Shown here: in pieces, positions 1 through 13,446 of the stretch
How positions within the stretch are numbered: the stretch's first letter is position 1
Layout: every line of letters starts with the position of its first letter
Assembly (NCBI GenBank): GCA_040285825.1
Contig: JAUPSS010000009.1
Location: 1-64,000 of the forward strand
DNA: 64,000 nt
From: Eukaryota sp. TZLM1-RC
Taxonomy: Eukaryota > Protista > Metamonada: BaSk clade
Direction: 5' to 3'
Program-made: the position numbers and the translations under genes
Notes under the pieces: model-generated
What the model was told of the DNA's origin: nothing
Seen by the model: only the letters and a program-made list of their open reading frames with translations
The model's database searches: none

Positions 1-3000
1 ACAGCAATTGTTTTATTAGTTTACAACATTCAATTGTATACTTTTGATTTTACTTTTTACAATTTAATGTTTAAAAATTAATACACTCAATTAATTCAAA
101 TATATACAAAATCATTTGAAAATGTAATCATGAGTTTGTACTGATCAAGTAACACATAGCCAACATTACTAACACACAATTTCACACAAAGTTTGATCAC
201 AAGTTGATCACATCTAGTACATAAAGACTACATGCAACTCATCTAATCATACCAATGACCATTCAACCAATCATACCAATGACTAATCAAATGACCATAG
301 CACGGACTTTAACACCACAATTGTTATATTAATTGTCCCAAAATGGACTTTAAGATTTGACCAATGATTGAAATAAACAACCATTGGTCAATATACGAAA
401 CTAGGAACTTCATATGAGCCTCAGTAAATCGTATCAAAAACGATACTCTTACACTTACAGCAATTGTTTTATTAGTTTACAACATTCAATTGTATACTTT
501 TGATTTTTACTTTTTACAATTTAATGTTTAAAAATTAATACACTCAATTAATTCAAATATATACAAAATCATTTGAAAATGTAATCATGAGTTTGTACTG
601 ATCAAGTAACACATAGCCAACATTACTAACACACAATTTCACACAAAGTTTGATCACAAGTTGATCACATCTAGTACATAAAGACTACATGCAACTCATC
701 TAATCATACCAATGACCATTCAACCAATCATACCAATGACTAATCAAATGACCATAGCACGGACTTTAACACCACAATTGTTATATTAATTGTCCCAAAA
801 TGGACTTTAAAGATTTGACCAATGATTGAAATAAACAACCATTGGTCAATATACGAAACTAGGAACTTCATATGAGCTCAGTAAATCGTATCAAAACGAT
901 ACTCTTACACTTACAGCAATTGTTTTATTAGTTTACAACATTCAATTGTATACTTTTTGATTTTTTACTTTTTACAATTTAATGTTTAAAATTAATACAC
1001 TCAATTAATTCAAATATATACAAAAATCATTTGAAAAATGTAATCATGAGTTTGTACTGATCAAGTAACACATAGCCAACATTACTAACACACAATTTCA
1101 CACAAAGTTTGATCACAAGTTGATCACATCTAGTACATAAAGACTACATGCAACTCATCTAATCATACCAATGACCATTCAACCAATCATACCAATGACT
1201 AATCAAATGACCATAGCACGGACTTTAACACCACAATTGTTATATTAATTGTCCCAAAATGGACTTTAAAGATTTGACCAATGATTGAAATAAACAACCA
1301 TTGGTCAATATACGAAACTAGGAACTTCATATGAGCCTCAGTAAATCGTATCAAAAACGATACTCTTACACTTACAGCAATTGTTTTATTAGTTTGCAAC
1401 ATTCAATTGTATACTTTTGATTTTTACTATTTTTACAATTTAATGTTTAAAATTAATAAACTCAATTAATTCAAATATATACAAAATCAATTGAAAATGT
1501 AATCATGAGTTTGTTCTGATCAAGTAACACATAGCCAACATTACTCACACAATTTCACACAAAGTTTGATCACAAGTTGATCACATCTAGTGCATAAGAC
1601 TACATGCAACTCATCTAATCACACCAATGACCATTCAACCAATCATACCAATGACTATCAAATGACCATAGCACGGACTTTAACACCACAATTGTTATAT
1701 TAATTGTCCCAAAATGGACTTTAAAGATTTGACCAATGATTGTAATAAACAACCATTGGTCAATATACGAAACTAGGAACTTCATATGAGCCTCAGTAAA
1801 TCGTATCAAAAACGATACTCTTACACTTACAGCAGTGGTTTTATTAGTTTGCAACATTCAATTGTATACTTTTTGATTTTTTACTTTTTTTACAATTTAA
1901 TGTTTAAAAATTAATACACTCAATTAATTCAAATATATACAAAATCATTTGAAAATGTAATCATGAGTTTGTACTGATCAAGTAACACATAGCCAACATT
2001 ACTAACACACAATTTCACACAAAGTTTGATCACAAGTTGATCACATCTAGTACATAAAGACTACATGCAACTCACCAAATCATACCAATGACCATTCAAC
2101 GAATCATACCAATGACTACTCAAATGACCATAGCACGGACGTTAACACCACAATTGTTATATTAATTGTCCCAAAATGGACTTTAAAGATTTGACCAATG
2201 ATTGTAATAAACAACCATTGGTCAATATACGAAACTAGGAACTTCATATGAGCCTCAGTAAATCGTATCAAAAACGATACTCTTACACTTACAGCAATTG
2301 TTTTATTAGTTTACAACATTCAATTGTATACTTTTTGATTTTTTACTTTTTTTACAATTTAATGTTTAAAAATTAATACACTCAATTAATTCAAATATAT
2401 ACAAAATCATTTGAAAATGTAATCATGAGTTTGTACTGATCAAGTAACACATAGCCAACATTACTAACACACAATTTCACACAAAGTTTGATCACAAGTT
2501 GATCACATCTAGTACATAAAGACTACATGCAACTCATCTAATCATACCAATGATCATTCAACCAATCATACCAATGACTAATCAAATGACCATAGCACGG
2601 ACTTTAACACCACAATTGTTATATTAATTGTCCCAAAATGGACTTTAAAGATTTGACCAATGATTGAAATAAACAACCATTGGTCAATATACGAAACTAG
2701 GAACTTCATATGAGCCTCAGTAAATCGTATCAAAAACGATATTCTTACACTGACAGCAATGGTTTTATTAGTTTGCAACATTCAATTGTATACTTTTTGA
2801 TTTTTTACTATTTTTACAATTTAATGTTTAAAAATTAATAAACTCAATTAATTCAAATATATACAAAATCAATTGAAAATGTAATCATGAGTTTGTTCTG
2901 ATCGAGTAACACATAGCCAACATTACTCACACACAATTTCACACAAAGTTTGATCACAAGTTGATCACATCTAGTACATAAGGACTACATGCAACTCACC

Positions 3001-6000
3001 TAATCATACCAATGACCATTCAACGAATCATACCAATGACTACTCAAATGACCATAGCACGGACGTTAACACCACAATTGTTATATTAATTGTCCCAAAA
3101 TGGACTTTAAGATTTGACCAATGATTGTAATAAACAACCATTGGTCAATATACGAAACTAGGAACTTCATATGAGCCTCAGTAAATCGTATCAAAAACGA
3201 TACTCTTACACTTACAGCAATTGTTTTATTAGTTTACAACATTCAATTGTATACTTTTTGATTTTCTATTTTTTTTACAATTTAATGTTTAAAAATTAAT
3301 AAACTCAATTAATTCAAATATATACAAAATCAATTGAAAATGTAATCATGAGTTTGTTCTGATCGAGTAACACATAGCCAACATTACTCACACACAATTT
3401 CACACAAAGTTTGATCACAAGTTGATCACATCTAGTGCATAAGGACTACATGCAACTCACCTAATCACACCAATGACCATTCAACCAATCATACCAATGA
3501 CTACTCAAATGACCATAGCACGGACTTTAACACCACAATTGTTATATTAATTGTCCCAAAATGGACTTTAAAGATTTGACCAATGATTGTAATAAACAAC
3601 CATTGGTCAATATACGAAACTAGGAACTTCATATGAGCCTCAGTAAATCGTATCAAAAACGATACTCTTGCACTTACAGCAGTGGTTTTATTAGTTTGCA
3701 ACATTCAATTGTATACTTTTTGATTTTTTACTATTTTTACAATTTAATGTTTAAAAATTAATAAACTCAATTAATTCAAATATATACAAAATTAATTGAA
3801 AATGTAATCATGAGTTTGTACTGATCAAGTAACACATAGCCAACATTACTCACACACAAAGTTTGATCACAAGTTGATCACATCTAGTACATAAGGACTA
3901 CATCATGCAACTCACCAAATCATACCAATGACCATTCAACGAATCATACCAATGACTACTCAAATGACCATAGCACGGACGTTAACACCACAATTGTTAT
4001 ATTAATTGTCCCAAAATGGACTTTAAAGATTTGACCAATGATTGTAATAAACAACCATTGGTCAATATACGAAACTAGGAACTTCATATGAGCCTCAGTA
4101 AATCGTATCAAAAACGATACTCTTACACTTACAGCAATTGTTTTATTAGTTTACAACATTCAATTGTATACTTTTTGATTTTCTATTTTTTTTACAATTT
4201 AATGTTCAAAAATTAATAAACTCAATTAATTCAAATATATACAAAATCAATTGAAAATGTAATCATGAGTTTGTTCTGATCAAGTAACACATAGCCAACA
4301 TTACTCACACACAATTTCACACAAAGTTTGATCACAAGTTGATCACATCTAGTGCATTAGGACTACATGCAACTCACCTAATCACACCAATGACCATTCA
4401 ACCAATCATACCAATGACTACTCAAATGACCATAGCACGGACTTTAACACCACAATTGTTATATTAATTGTCCCAAAATGGACTTTAAAGATTTGACCAA
4501 TGATTGTAATAAACAACCATTGGTCAATATACGAAACTAGGAACTTCATATGAGCCTCAGTAAATCGTATCAAAAACGATACTCTTACACTTACAGCAGT
4601 GGTTTTATTAGTTTGCAACATTCAATTGTATACTTTTTGATTTTTTACTATTTTTACAATTTAATGTTTAAAAATTAATAAACTCAATTAATTCAAATAT
4701 ATACAAAATTAATTGAAAATGTAATCATGAGTTTGTACGGATCAAGTAACACATAGCCAACATTACTCACACACAAAGTTTGATCACAAGTTGATCACAT
4801 CTAGTACATAAGGACTACATCATGCAACTCACCAAATCATACCAATGACCATTCAACGAATCATACCAATGACTACTCAAATGACCATAGCACGGACGTT
4901 AACACCACAATTGTTATATTAATTGTCCCAAAATGGACTTTAAAGATTTGACCAATGATTGTAATAAACAACCATTGGTCAATATACGAAACTAGGAACT
5001 TCATATGAGCCTCAGTAAATCGTATCAAAAACGATATTCTTACACTTACAGCAATGGTTTTATTAGTTGCAACATTCAATTGTATACTTTTTGATTTTTT
5101 ACTATTTTTACAATTTAATGTTTAAAAATTAATAAACTCAATTAATTCAAATATATACAAAATCAATTGAAAATGTAATCACGAGTTTGTACTGATCAAG
5201 TAACACATAGCCAACATTACTCACACACAATTTCACACAAAGTTTGATCACAAGTTGATCACATCTAGTACATAAGGACTACATGCAACTCACCTAATCA
5301 CACCAATGACCATTCAACCGATCATACCAATGACTACTCAAATGACCATAGCACGGACTTTAACACCACAATTGTTATATTAATTGTCCCAAAATGGACT
5401 TTAAAGATTTGACCAATGATTGTAATAAACAACCATTGGTCAATATACGAAACTAGGAACTTCATATGAGCCTCAGTAAATCGTATCAAAAACGATATTC
5501 TTACACTTACAGCAATGGTTTTATTAGTTTACAACATTCTATTGTATACTTTTTGATTTTTTACTTTTTTTACAATTTAATGTTTAAAAATTAATAAACT
5601 CAATTAATTCAAATATATACAAAATCAATTGAAAATGTAATCATGAGTTTGTACTGATCAAGTAACACATAGCCAACATTACTCACACACAATTTCACAC
5701 AAACTTTGATCACAAGTTGATCAAATCTAGTCCATAAGGACTACATCATGCAACTCACCAAATCATACCAATGACCATTCAACCAATCATACCAATGACT
5801 ACTCAAATGACCATAGCATGGACTTTAACACCACAATTGTTATAATAATTGTCCCAAAATGGACTTTAAAGATTTGACCAATGATTGTAATAAACAACCA
5901 TTGGTCAATATACGAAACTAGGAACTTCATATGAGCCTCAGTAAATCGTATCAAAAACGATACTCTTACACTTACAGCAATGGTTTTATTAGTTTGCAAC

Positions 6001-8669
6001 ATTCAATTGTATACTTTTTGATTTTTTACTATTTTTACAATTTAATGTTTAAAAATTAATAAACTCAATTAATTCAAATATATACAAAATCAATTGAAAA
6101 TGTAATCATGAGTTTGTACTAATCAAGTAACACATAGCCAACATTACTCACACACAATATCACACAAACTTTGATCACAAGTTGATCACATCTAGTACAT
6201 AAGGACTACATCATGCAACTCACCAAATCATACATTAAAAACATTAAAAACAGACATGATGAAGTCAGAGATTATTTATTAAATATCTCCAAATATGAAA
6301 AGGAAAAGGAATTTGAAATTGGTTTAAAAAAATTTTATTTAGATTTATTTGATCCCAAAACCAAAATTGCGTTTGATATTACAATAGTTGGTGGTTTTGG
6401 AAATAAATGGCAAGATGCTTACTCTCAAGCATTTGCTACTAAAATAAGGAAATACAGTATTCTAAAAGAATACAATTTAATTTCAGAAATTGTTCCTTTA
6501 GTTTTTAATGTCCATGGGGGTTGGTACAAGAAAACTAAAGAAACATTTAAACGTTTTGGTTGGATTGAGCTTTGTAGTGAAATTAGTTGTATAATTCAGA
6601 AAAATAGTTTTAGATGTAATCAAGCATTTAATTCTATTCTTCAAAGAATTCATGAAGCTCGTAGGTTTTGGTAGTTTATGTTTTTTTTATTTACTTTTAT
6701 AGTTTTTTCGTTCTTTTTCTTTTAGAAATTCAATAAGGACCAAATCATACCAATGACCATTCAACCAATCATACCAATGACTACTCAAATGACCATAGCA
6801 TGGACTTTAACACCACAATTGTTATAATAATTGTCCCAAAATGGACTTTAAAGATTTGACCAATGATTGTAATAAACAACCATTGGTCAATATACGAAAC
6901 TAGGAACTTCATATGAGCCTCAGTAAATCGTATCAAAAACGATACTCTTACACTGACAGCAATGGTTTTATTAGTTTGCAACATTCAATTGTATACTTTT
7001 TGATTTTTTACTATTTTTACAATTTAATGTTTAAAAATTAATAAACTCAATTAATTCAAATATATACAAAATCAATTGAAAATGTAATCATGAGTTTGTA
7101 CTGATCAAGTAACACATAGCCAATATTACTCACACACAATTTCACACAAACTTTGATCACAAGTTGATCAAATCTAGTCCATAAGGACTACATCATGCAA
7201 CTCACCAAATCATACCAATGACCATTCAACCAATCATACCAATGACTACTCAAAAAAATGACCATAGCACGGACTTTAACACCACAATTGTTATAATAAT
7301 TGTCCCAAAATGGACTTTAAAGATTTGACCAATGATTGTAATAAACAACCATTGATCAATATACGAAACTAGGAACTTCATATGAGCCTCAGTAAATCGT
7401 ATCAAAAACGATATTCTTACACTGACAGCAATGGTTTTATTAGTTTGCAACATTCAATTGTATACTTTTTGATTTTTTACTATTTTTACAATTTAATGTT
7501 TAAAAATTAATAAACTCAATTAATTCAAATATATACAAAATCAATTGAAAATGTAATCATGAGTTTGTACTGATCAAGTAACACATAGCCAACATTACTC
7601 ACACACAATTTCACACAAACTTTGATCACAAGTTGATCAAATCTAGTCCATAAGGACTACATCATGCAACTCACCAAATCATACCAATGACCATTCAACC
7701 AATCATACCAATGACTACTCAAATGACCATAGCATGGACTTTAACACCACAATTGTTATAATAATTGTCCCAAAATGTACTTTAAAGATTTGACCAATGA
7801 TTGAAATAAACAACCATTGGTCAATATACGAAACTAGGAACTTCATATGAGCCTCAGTAAATCGTATCAAAAACGATACTCTCACACTTACAGCAATTGT
7901 TTTATTAGTTTACAACATTCAATTGTATACTTTTTGATTTTTTACTTTTTTTACAATTTAATGTTTAAAAATTAATACACTCAATTAATTCAAATATATA
8001 CAAAATCATTTGAAAATGTAATCATGAGTTTGTACTGATCAAGTAACACATAGCCAACATTACTAACACACAATTTCACACAAAGTTTGATCACAAGTTG
8101 ATCACATCTAGTACATAAAGACTACATGCAACTCATCTAATCATACCAATGACCATTCAACCAATCATACCAATGACTACTCAAATGACCATAGCACGGA
8201 CTTTAACACCACAATTGTTATAATAATTGTCCCAAAATGGACTTTAAAGATTTGACCAATGATTGTAATAAACAACCATTGATCAATATACGAAACTAGG
8301 AACTTCATATGAGCCTCAGTAAATCGTATCAAAAACGATATTCTTACACTGACAGCAATGGTTTTATTAGTTTGCAACATTCAATTGTATACTTTTTGAT
8401 TTTTTACTATTTTTACAATTTAATGTTTAAAAATTAATAAACTCAATTAATTCAAATATATACAAAATCAATTGAAAATGTAATCATGAGTATGAATTGA
8501 CCAAGTAACACATAGCCAATATTACTCACACACAATTTCACACAAAGTTTGGTCAAAAGTTGATCACATCTAGTACTCAAAGACTACATGCAACTCATCT
8601 AATCATACCAGTGACCATTGAACTAATCATACCAATGACTACTCAAATGACCATAGCACTGACTTTAAC
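1..8669. repeat. ~460-bp tandem satellite array, about 17-18 units, running off the window start and interrupted at 6234-6738
   Basis: The same unit (e.g. GACCATAGCACGGACTTTAACACCACAATTG...CTAGGAACTTCATATGAGCCTCAGTAAATCG) recurs every ~458-466 bp. The last unit (8490-8669) is more diverged. Confidence 0.97.
6234..6738 (+). mobile_element. 5'-truncated CRE-like non-LTR retrotransposon (RLE endonuclease C-terminus) inserted in the satellite, family S1
   Basis: ORF with RHDEVRD...DLFD...FDITIV...TKIRKY...PLVFNVHGG (RLE motifs). 12-bp TSD ACCAAATCATAC at 6222-6233 and 6739-6750. Ends with CAATAAGG. Confidence 0.9.
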
Positions 8670-9296
8670 CATATTCCTTCCATGGGACTAGAATCCTCTA
8701 AATGAATACTTTCTTCCATAGGAGCAGAATCCTCTGGGAGAGACGAGTCTGCGGGAATCATAGAAGCTTCACCGGAAGGAGAATGCACGGAAGCTGGGTC
8801 TGAGGTTAGTTGGGAAGAAGAGGGACTAGTCTCTTCTTCATGGATCCTGTCTTGAGCTGAAGGTGACCCAATACATATTGATGGTCATTGATCATTAGTG
8901 TTAGACATAACTTTGGAAAAGTTAGAGATTTATTACAAATAAAAATTGTATTCTCTGTCCTTAAGCCAATAGGCGAAATATATTATAAACTAAATACAAA
9001 GCTATTTAATACTATTCAAGACTAACAGTTGCTTGGTTGGCATCAGAAGACACCAGAGTAGATCCAATAGCTGATCCAAGGTGAGAGTTTGACATAGCTG
9101 AAACGTGTAATGTAATTTATTGCACAGAGCAATAGAGTTCTCTCTTCTTAAGCCACTAGGTGTATTTCTAAAAATACCAATAAAGTATGACAAATGGACT
9201 ATTATAAATATTATCGAAGCCTAACAATAGAGCTTACTGAGATTGGTAGGTTAAAGAATAAAGAAATCGATAATTTAAAGATCAGTAGTTGATTTG

Positions 9297-12056
9297 TTAA
9301 CTAAAGAATTGAAGGGAAGATCGATTACGTACAACTTTTTTAAGCTTGAACTTGGCCATAATACCAATGTTGTTGTCAACGAGATTCAGACTAGAAAGTG
9401 CAGCATTAGATTCAAGTGCACGAGCAAGTCCACAAGCACCTTCTTTTCCAATATTGTTGGATCGAAGATCCAAAATAGAAAGTGTTTGATTAACTTCAAG
9501 AGCACGAGCAAGTGCACAAGCACCTTCTTTACAAATATTGTTGGCCGCAAGATTCAGACTTGAAAGTGTTTGATTAACTTCAAGAGCACGAGCAAGTGCA
9601 CAAGCACCTTCTTTACAAATATTGTTGGCCGCAAGATTCAGACTTGAAAGTGTTTGATTAACTTCAAGAGCACGAGCAAGTGCACAAGCACCTTCTTTTC
9701 CAATATGGTTGTTCCGGAGATACAAAATAGAAAGTGTTTGATTAGATTCGAGAGCACAAGCAAGTGCAAAAGCGCCGTTTTTACCAATATTGTTGGCCGC
9801 AAGATTCACACTGCTAATGGAACCAGCAAGTAGATCCTCCACAGTGTTTTTAACCGCTTCTTCCAAGCTATCCCAATCTACAACTGAATTAATTTTGCTT
9901 AGAATTTTGTTTCTGTCAGTTGACTGTCTTTGCAATTCATTATGGTCTTTCTTCTCAAAACTTGTTTCAGCATCAAGTGAATTCTTTTTCAGAGACGACA
10001 GTGATGGTGCATTTAATAAACTATTCACATTGTCATAACAATCAGGAATTTTTTCACTATTGCTTTGCTGTCTTGTCTGTTCGTTATCTTCTTGCTTCTT
10101 TAAAATTGTTTCATCAAGATGAAGTAATGGTTGCTGTGTATCTGTCACATTGTCATTGCAAATAGTAATTTTTTCAAATGCATCAATTCTTTGTTTCCAA
10201 ATAGCTTCATATTCTCTCCTTTTTTGAATAAAATCATGTGGTAAATTGTCAGTGTGCTCAATTAAATCCATGATTGCAGAGTACATTGTTCCAAGTTCTT
10301 TGGAATAACAGTGTAACAGTAAATTCAATAAGTTCTGGTAAAGTACCTTACGAACTTCTGCCTCAGCATTAGTTATATATTCACTATCAATCATTGCAAG
10401 TGCATAATGGCAAAGTGGCATATTTTCAAGAGTTAAACATTCCACAACACATGATTTCTTCTTATAGGCAGTCAGAACTGTCCAGACCTCTGACATACTT
10501 GGTCTTTGGGTAAAATCAAACTTCAAACATTGAGAAAGCAAAGGGTACAAACTAAGAGGTAAATCTGGATATAGAGGAATAGATGGAATATTGCCAGAAG
10601 TTAGCTTCTCTATTATAATTTGTTTTTTGTGGTTTCCATCTACTATACCTTGCCATATACTTTGACCAGTAAAGACAAATAGCATAATTAAACCAAAAGA
10701 AAAAACATCGATTCTATCACTGTAAATCCTTTCACCTGAGGCTTGCTCTGGACTGGTCCAACTTGGAGTGATAGCTCTGATATCAGTCAGAGAAAGAGAC
10801 ATGTTAGACGAACCAGTGTTTTTACCACTACCCCAGTCTATTAATACAGGAACCCTGTCTCTAAACAAAATATTATCAGGTTTTAGGTCCCTATGGAGAA
10901 AATGACATTCGTGACATGTAGCAAGAGTTTTTGCTAATGAAATTAAAATGTCAAGTTTTCGGATTTCGGTTTTAATTTTTCCAACAGCCTCTCGTAATGT
11001 AAAGCTTGAAAGTTTTTCCATAACCAAGCCAATTCTTGGTTTACCTTCTTCATAAACTTGGGAAATTCCATATACTCTTGGAACAGAAGGAACACAGGGG
11101 AGAGATTTTAGAATGCGATATTCTCTTGCAAGATCAGCAGGAATGCATTCATCATCAGTATAGAATTTAACTGCAACATTAGCTAAACCGTACTCACCAA
11201 ATACAATATCTGCTTGGCCACTTTGAATTTTGGTTTTCCAATCAACTTCAATTTCATCACTTTTAATATCAATTTCCAGATTTTCTTCACAGCTCTGGAA
11301 TTGGATGATTTCCCTTTCCTTTTCTGCCTTGTTCTTCAAGCATGACATCATCTGTGCCTTGAGTTCTTCCCTAAGTGTGGTCTGCAGTGTAGCCTGCATT
11401 TGCTTCACCAAATCCGAATGTTGATCACTCATTTTGTCTAGAATTGACTGGTTATAGTCCGCTAATGCAGATTTGAAGGCTTCTTCATCATGACTTATAA
11501 TACCCTCTACACTGGTGGGTGACAGGGCAGAAAGCTTTTCAAGGGCAATACCAGAAAACTCTAGATTAAGTTCAGAGGAAAAGTCATTTAAAAGCTTGTT
11601 GTTTTCTTCAAATTCTCTCTTGAATCTATCTCGGGAAAAGACCTTTTTGTACCACTTTGAGTCATTGTACTGTTTTAGACAGGTGGTGATTTTGTTGGTT
11701 AATACTACAAAGCTATTAATGGTGTCGCGAATGGATGCAGAGTTAGAGAGATCGGGAAGATTTTCTAAGGGAGAGAAGGTAGCCTTGGTAAGACGGAGAA
11801 GACGGGCAGCAAGAACAGCAGATTGAGAATGGTTAAACTTGACTTGTGTAAGGACAGAGAAGACCTCTGTTAAGACACAACCTATCGGCTTTAGGATAAC
11901 AGAGTGTCTAGCAATGAGGTCAGTGGCAGCGAGAATCGGAGGAGACACCAGATCGACGAACTTTTGGTAGTTCCATTCTGCAAGATTCAGAGGGACATTG
12001 GATATTGTAGAACAAAGCGCTGAGATCAAACTCTTGTCGTCACATGGATAATCCAT
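9297..12056 (-). CDS. MLKL-like N-terminal four-helix bundle + protein kinase + C-terminal RI-like LRR protein (919 aa, intronless)
   Basis: N-terminal VKFNHSQSAVLAARL...YNDSKWYKKVF...FEENNKLLND resembles MLKL_NTD. Kinase motifs VAVK, HRDLKPDN, DWG, SPE, DVFSFG. 28-aa LRRs (LSSLNLAANNICKEGACALARALEVNQT). Confidence 0.85.
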   Translation of the reverse strand: MDYPCDDKSLISALCSTISNVPLNLAEWNYQKFVDLVSPPILAATDLIARHSVILKPIGCVLTEVFSVLTQVKFNHSQSAVLAARLLRLTKATFSPLENLPDLSNSASIRDTINSFVVLTNKITTCLKQYNDSKWYKKVFSRDRFKREFEENNKLLNDFSSELNLEFSGIALEKLSALSPTSVEGIISHDEEAFKSALADYNQSILDKMSDQHSDLVKQMQATLQTTLREELKAQMMSCLKNKAEKEREIIQFQSCEENLEIDIKSDEIEVDWKTKIQSGQADIVFGEYGLANVAVKFYTDDECIPADLAREYRILKSLPCVPSVPRVYGISQVYEEGKPRIGLVMEKLSSFTLREAVGKIKTEIRKLDILISLAKTLATCHECHFLHRDLKPDNILFRDRVPVLIDWGSGKNTGSSNMSLSLTDIRAITPSWTSPEQASGERIYSDRIDVFSFGLIMLFVFTGQSIWQGIVDGNHKKQIIIEKLTSGNIPSIPLYPDLPLSLYPLLSQCLKFDFTQRPSMSEVWTVLTAYKKKSCVVECLTLENMPLCHYALAMIDSEYITNAEAEVRKVLYQNLLNLLLHCYSKELGTMYSAIMDLIEHTDNLPHDFIQKRREYEAIWKQRIDAFEKITICNDNVTDTQQPLLHLDETILKKQEDNEQTRQQSNSEKIPDCYDNVNSLLNAPSLSSLKKNSLDAETSFEKKDHNELQRQSTDRNKILSKINSVVDWDSLEEAVKNTVEDLLAGSISSVNLAANNIGKNGAFALACALESNQTLSILYLRNNHIGKEGACALARALEVNQTLSSLNLAANNICKEGACALARALEVNQTLSSLNLAANNICKEGACALARALEVNQTLSILDLRSNNIGKEGACGLARALESNAALSSLNLVDNNIGIMAKFKLKKVVRNRSSLQFFS
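9400..9812 (-). repeat. 84-bp coding tandem repeats (LRR units)
   Basis: About five near-identical 84-bp units; two are essentially identical at DNA level. Confidence 0.9.
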
Positions 12057-12078
12057 TTGGGTTTAATAAAAGTGGGGA

Positions 12079-13446
12079 AACAATTTATTTCATATTGTGA
12101 CAGTCAATCATCTTGTTTTTTGAAAGTCTTGCCTATTTCTCAAAATTTCACGTTCTCAGATGATTGCTTTAAATACCTAATAAATCTGAGATTGCTTCAA
12201 GGAGAACAATTTGTGATATGTTCTTTGTGTGGTTATGGAGACCTAGGCTTAGATCACTCGTTTTAATGTAGAAAAGTCTCGAGAATGGTTACACAAAGAC
12301 ATGACGAAGTAAATAATTTTATTAACGAATTAAAATTTGCCAACGTCAAATCACTCATTTATTTTATAAGGAAAAATTGAGTCTTTTGAAAGAAAAACTA
12401 ACAGAATGTGAACGACTACAATTTATTTCAAATTGTGACAGTCAATCATCTTGTTTTTTGAAAGTTTTGCCTATTTCTCAAAATTTCACGTTCTCAGATG
12501 ATTGCTTTAAATACCTAATAAATCTGAGATTGCTTCAAGGAGAACAATTTGTGATATGTTCTTTGTGTGGTTATGGAGACCTAGGCTTAGATCACTCGTT
12601 TCAATGTAGAAAAGTCTCGAGAATGGTTACACAAAGACATGACGAAGTAAATAATTTTATTAACGAATTAAAATTTGCCAACGTCAAATCACTCATTTAT
12701 TTTATAAGGAAAAATTGAGTCTTTTGAAAGAAAAACTAACAGAATGTGAACGACTACAATTTATTTCAAATTGTGACAGTCAATCATCTTGTTTTTTGAA
12801 AGTTTTGCCTATTTCTCAAAATTTCACGTTCTCAGATGATTGCTTTAAATACCTAATAAATCTGAGATTGCTTCAAGGAGAACAATTTGTGATATGTTCT
12901 TTGTGTGGTTATGGAGACCTAGGCTTAGATCACTCGTTTCAATGTAGAAAAGTCTCGAGAATGGTTACACAAAGACATGACGAAGTAAATAATTTTATTA
13001 ACGAATTAAATAATTTTGAATCTGAAAAGGAATTTAAATTTGGTTTAAATAAGCAGTTACGTGTTGATGGCTTTCAAACGTCAACCAAAATTGCTTTTGG
13101 TGTTGCCATAGTTGGAGGTTATGGTAATAATTGGAATGATGCTTTTTCGAAAGCTTATTCTGATAAAATTGCAAAGTATTCAATTTTAAAAGAATTAAAT
13201 TTAATTAACCAAATTCTTCCTCTCGTTTTTAGTGTTCATGGGGGTTCTTACACCAAAACAAAGATACTGGTTGACCAATTTGGATGGAATGAGGTAGCAG
13301 ATGAAATTAGTTGTATCATTTTGAAGAGTAGCTTTAAATGCCACAGTGCTTTTAATTATATACTTCAAAAGAAAAGAGAAGATCGTCAATGTTGGTAGGT
13401 AGTTGTTTTTTAGTATTCAAGTAGTTTCTTCTTAATTTTCAATAAA
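12079..13446 (+). mobile_element. 5'-truncated CRE-like non-LTR retrotransposon (zinc knuckle + RLE), family S2, with a 338-bp 5' segment repeated about 2.75 times
   Basis: ORF 12715-13398: CSLCG...HSFQC...RHDEV...RVDG...DKIAKY...PLVFSVHGG. ORF starts 12377 and 12715 are 338 bp apart. Ends with CAATAAA and runs directly into satellite sequence. Confidence 0.9.

Noticed and set aside
1199-8380. Repeated 67-aa minus-strand ORF (MLQTNKT...) as a gene family
   Set aside because: It is a by-product of the satellite. About half the units lose it through a TAA or an indel, and it has no recognisable domain.
1-8669. CRISPR-like or guide array
   Set aside because: Units are near-identical along their full length, with no unique spacers.
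8670-8880. Ser/Pro/Glu-rich minus-strand frame with a short direct repeat (AGAGGATTCT..TCC.ATGGAAG)
   Set aside because: Short, with no clear start or homolog; it cannot be called a gene.
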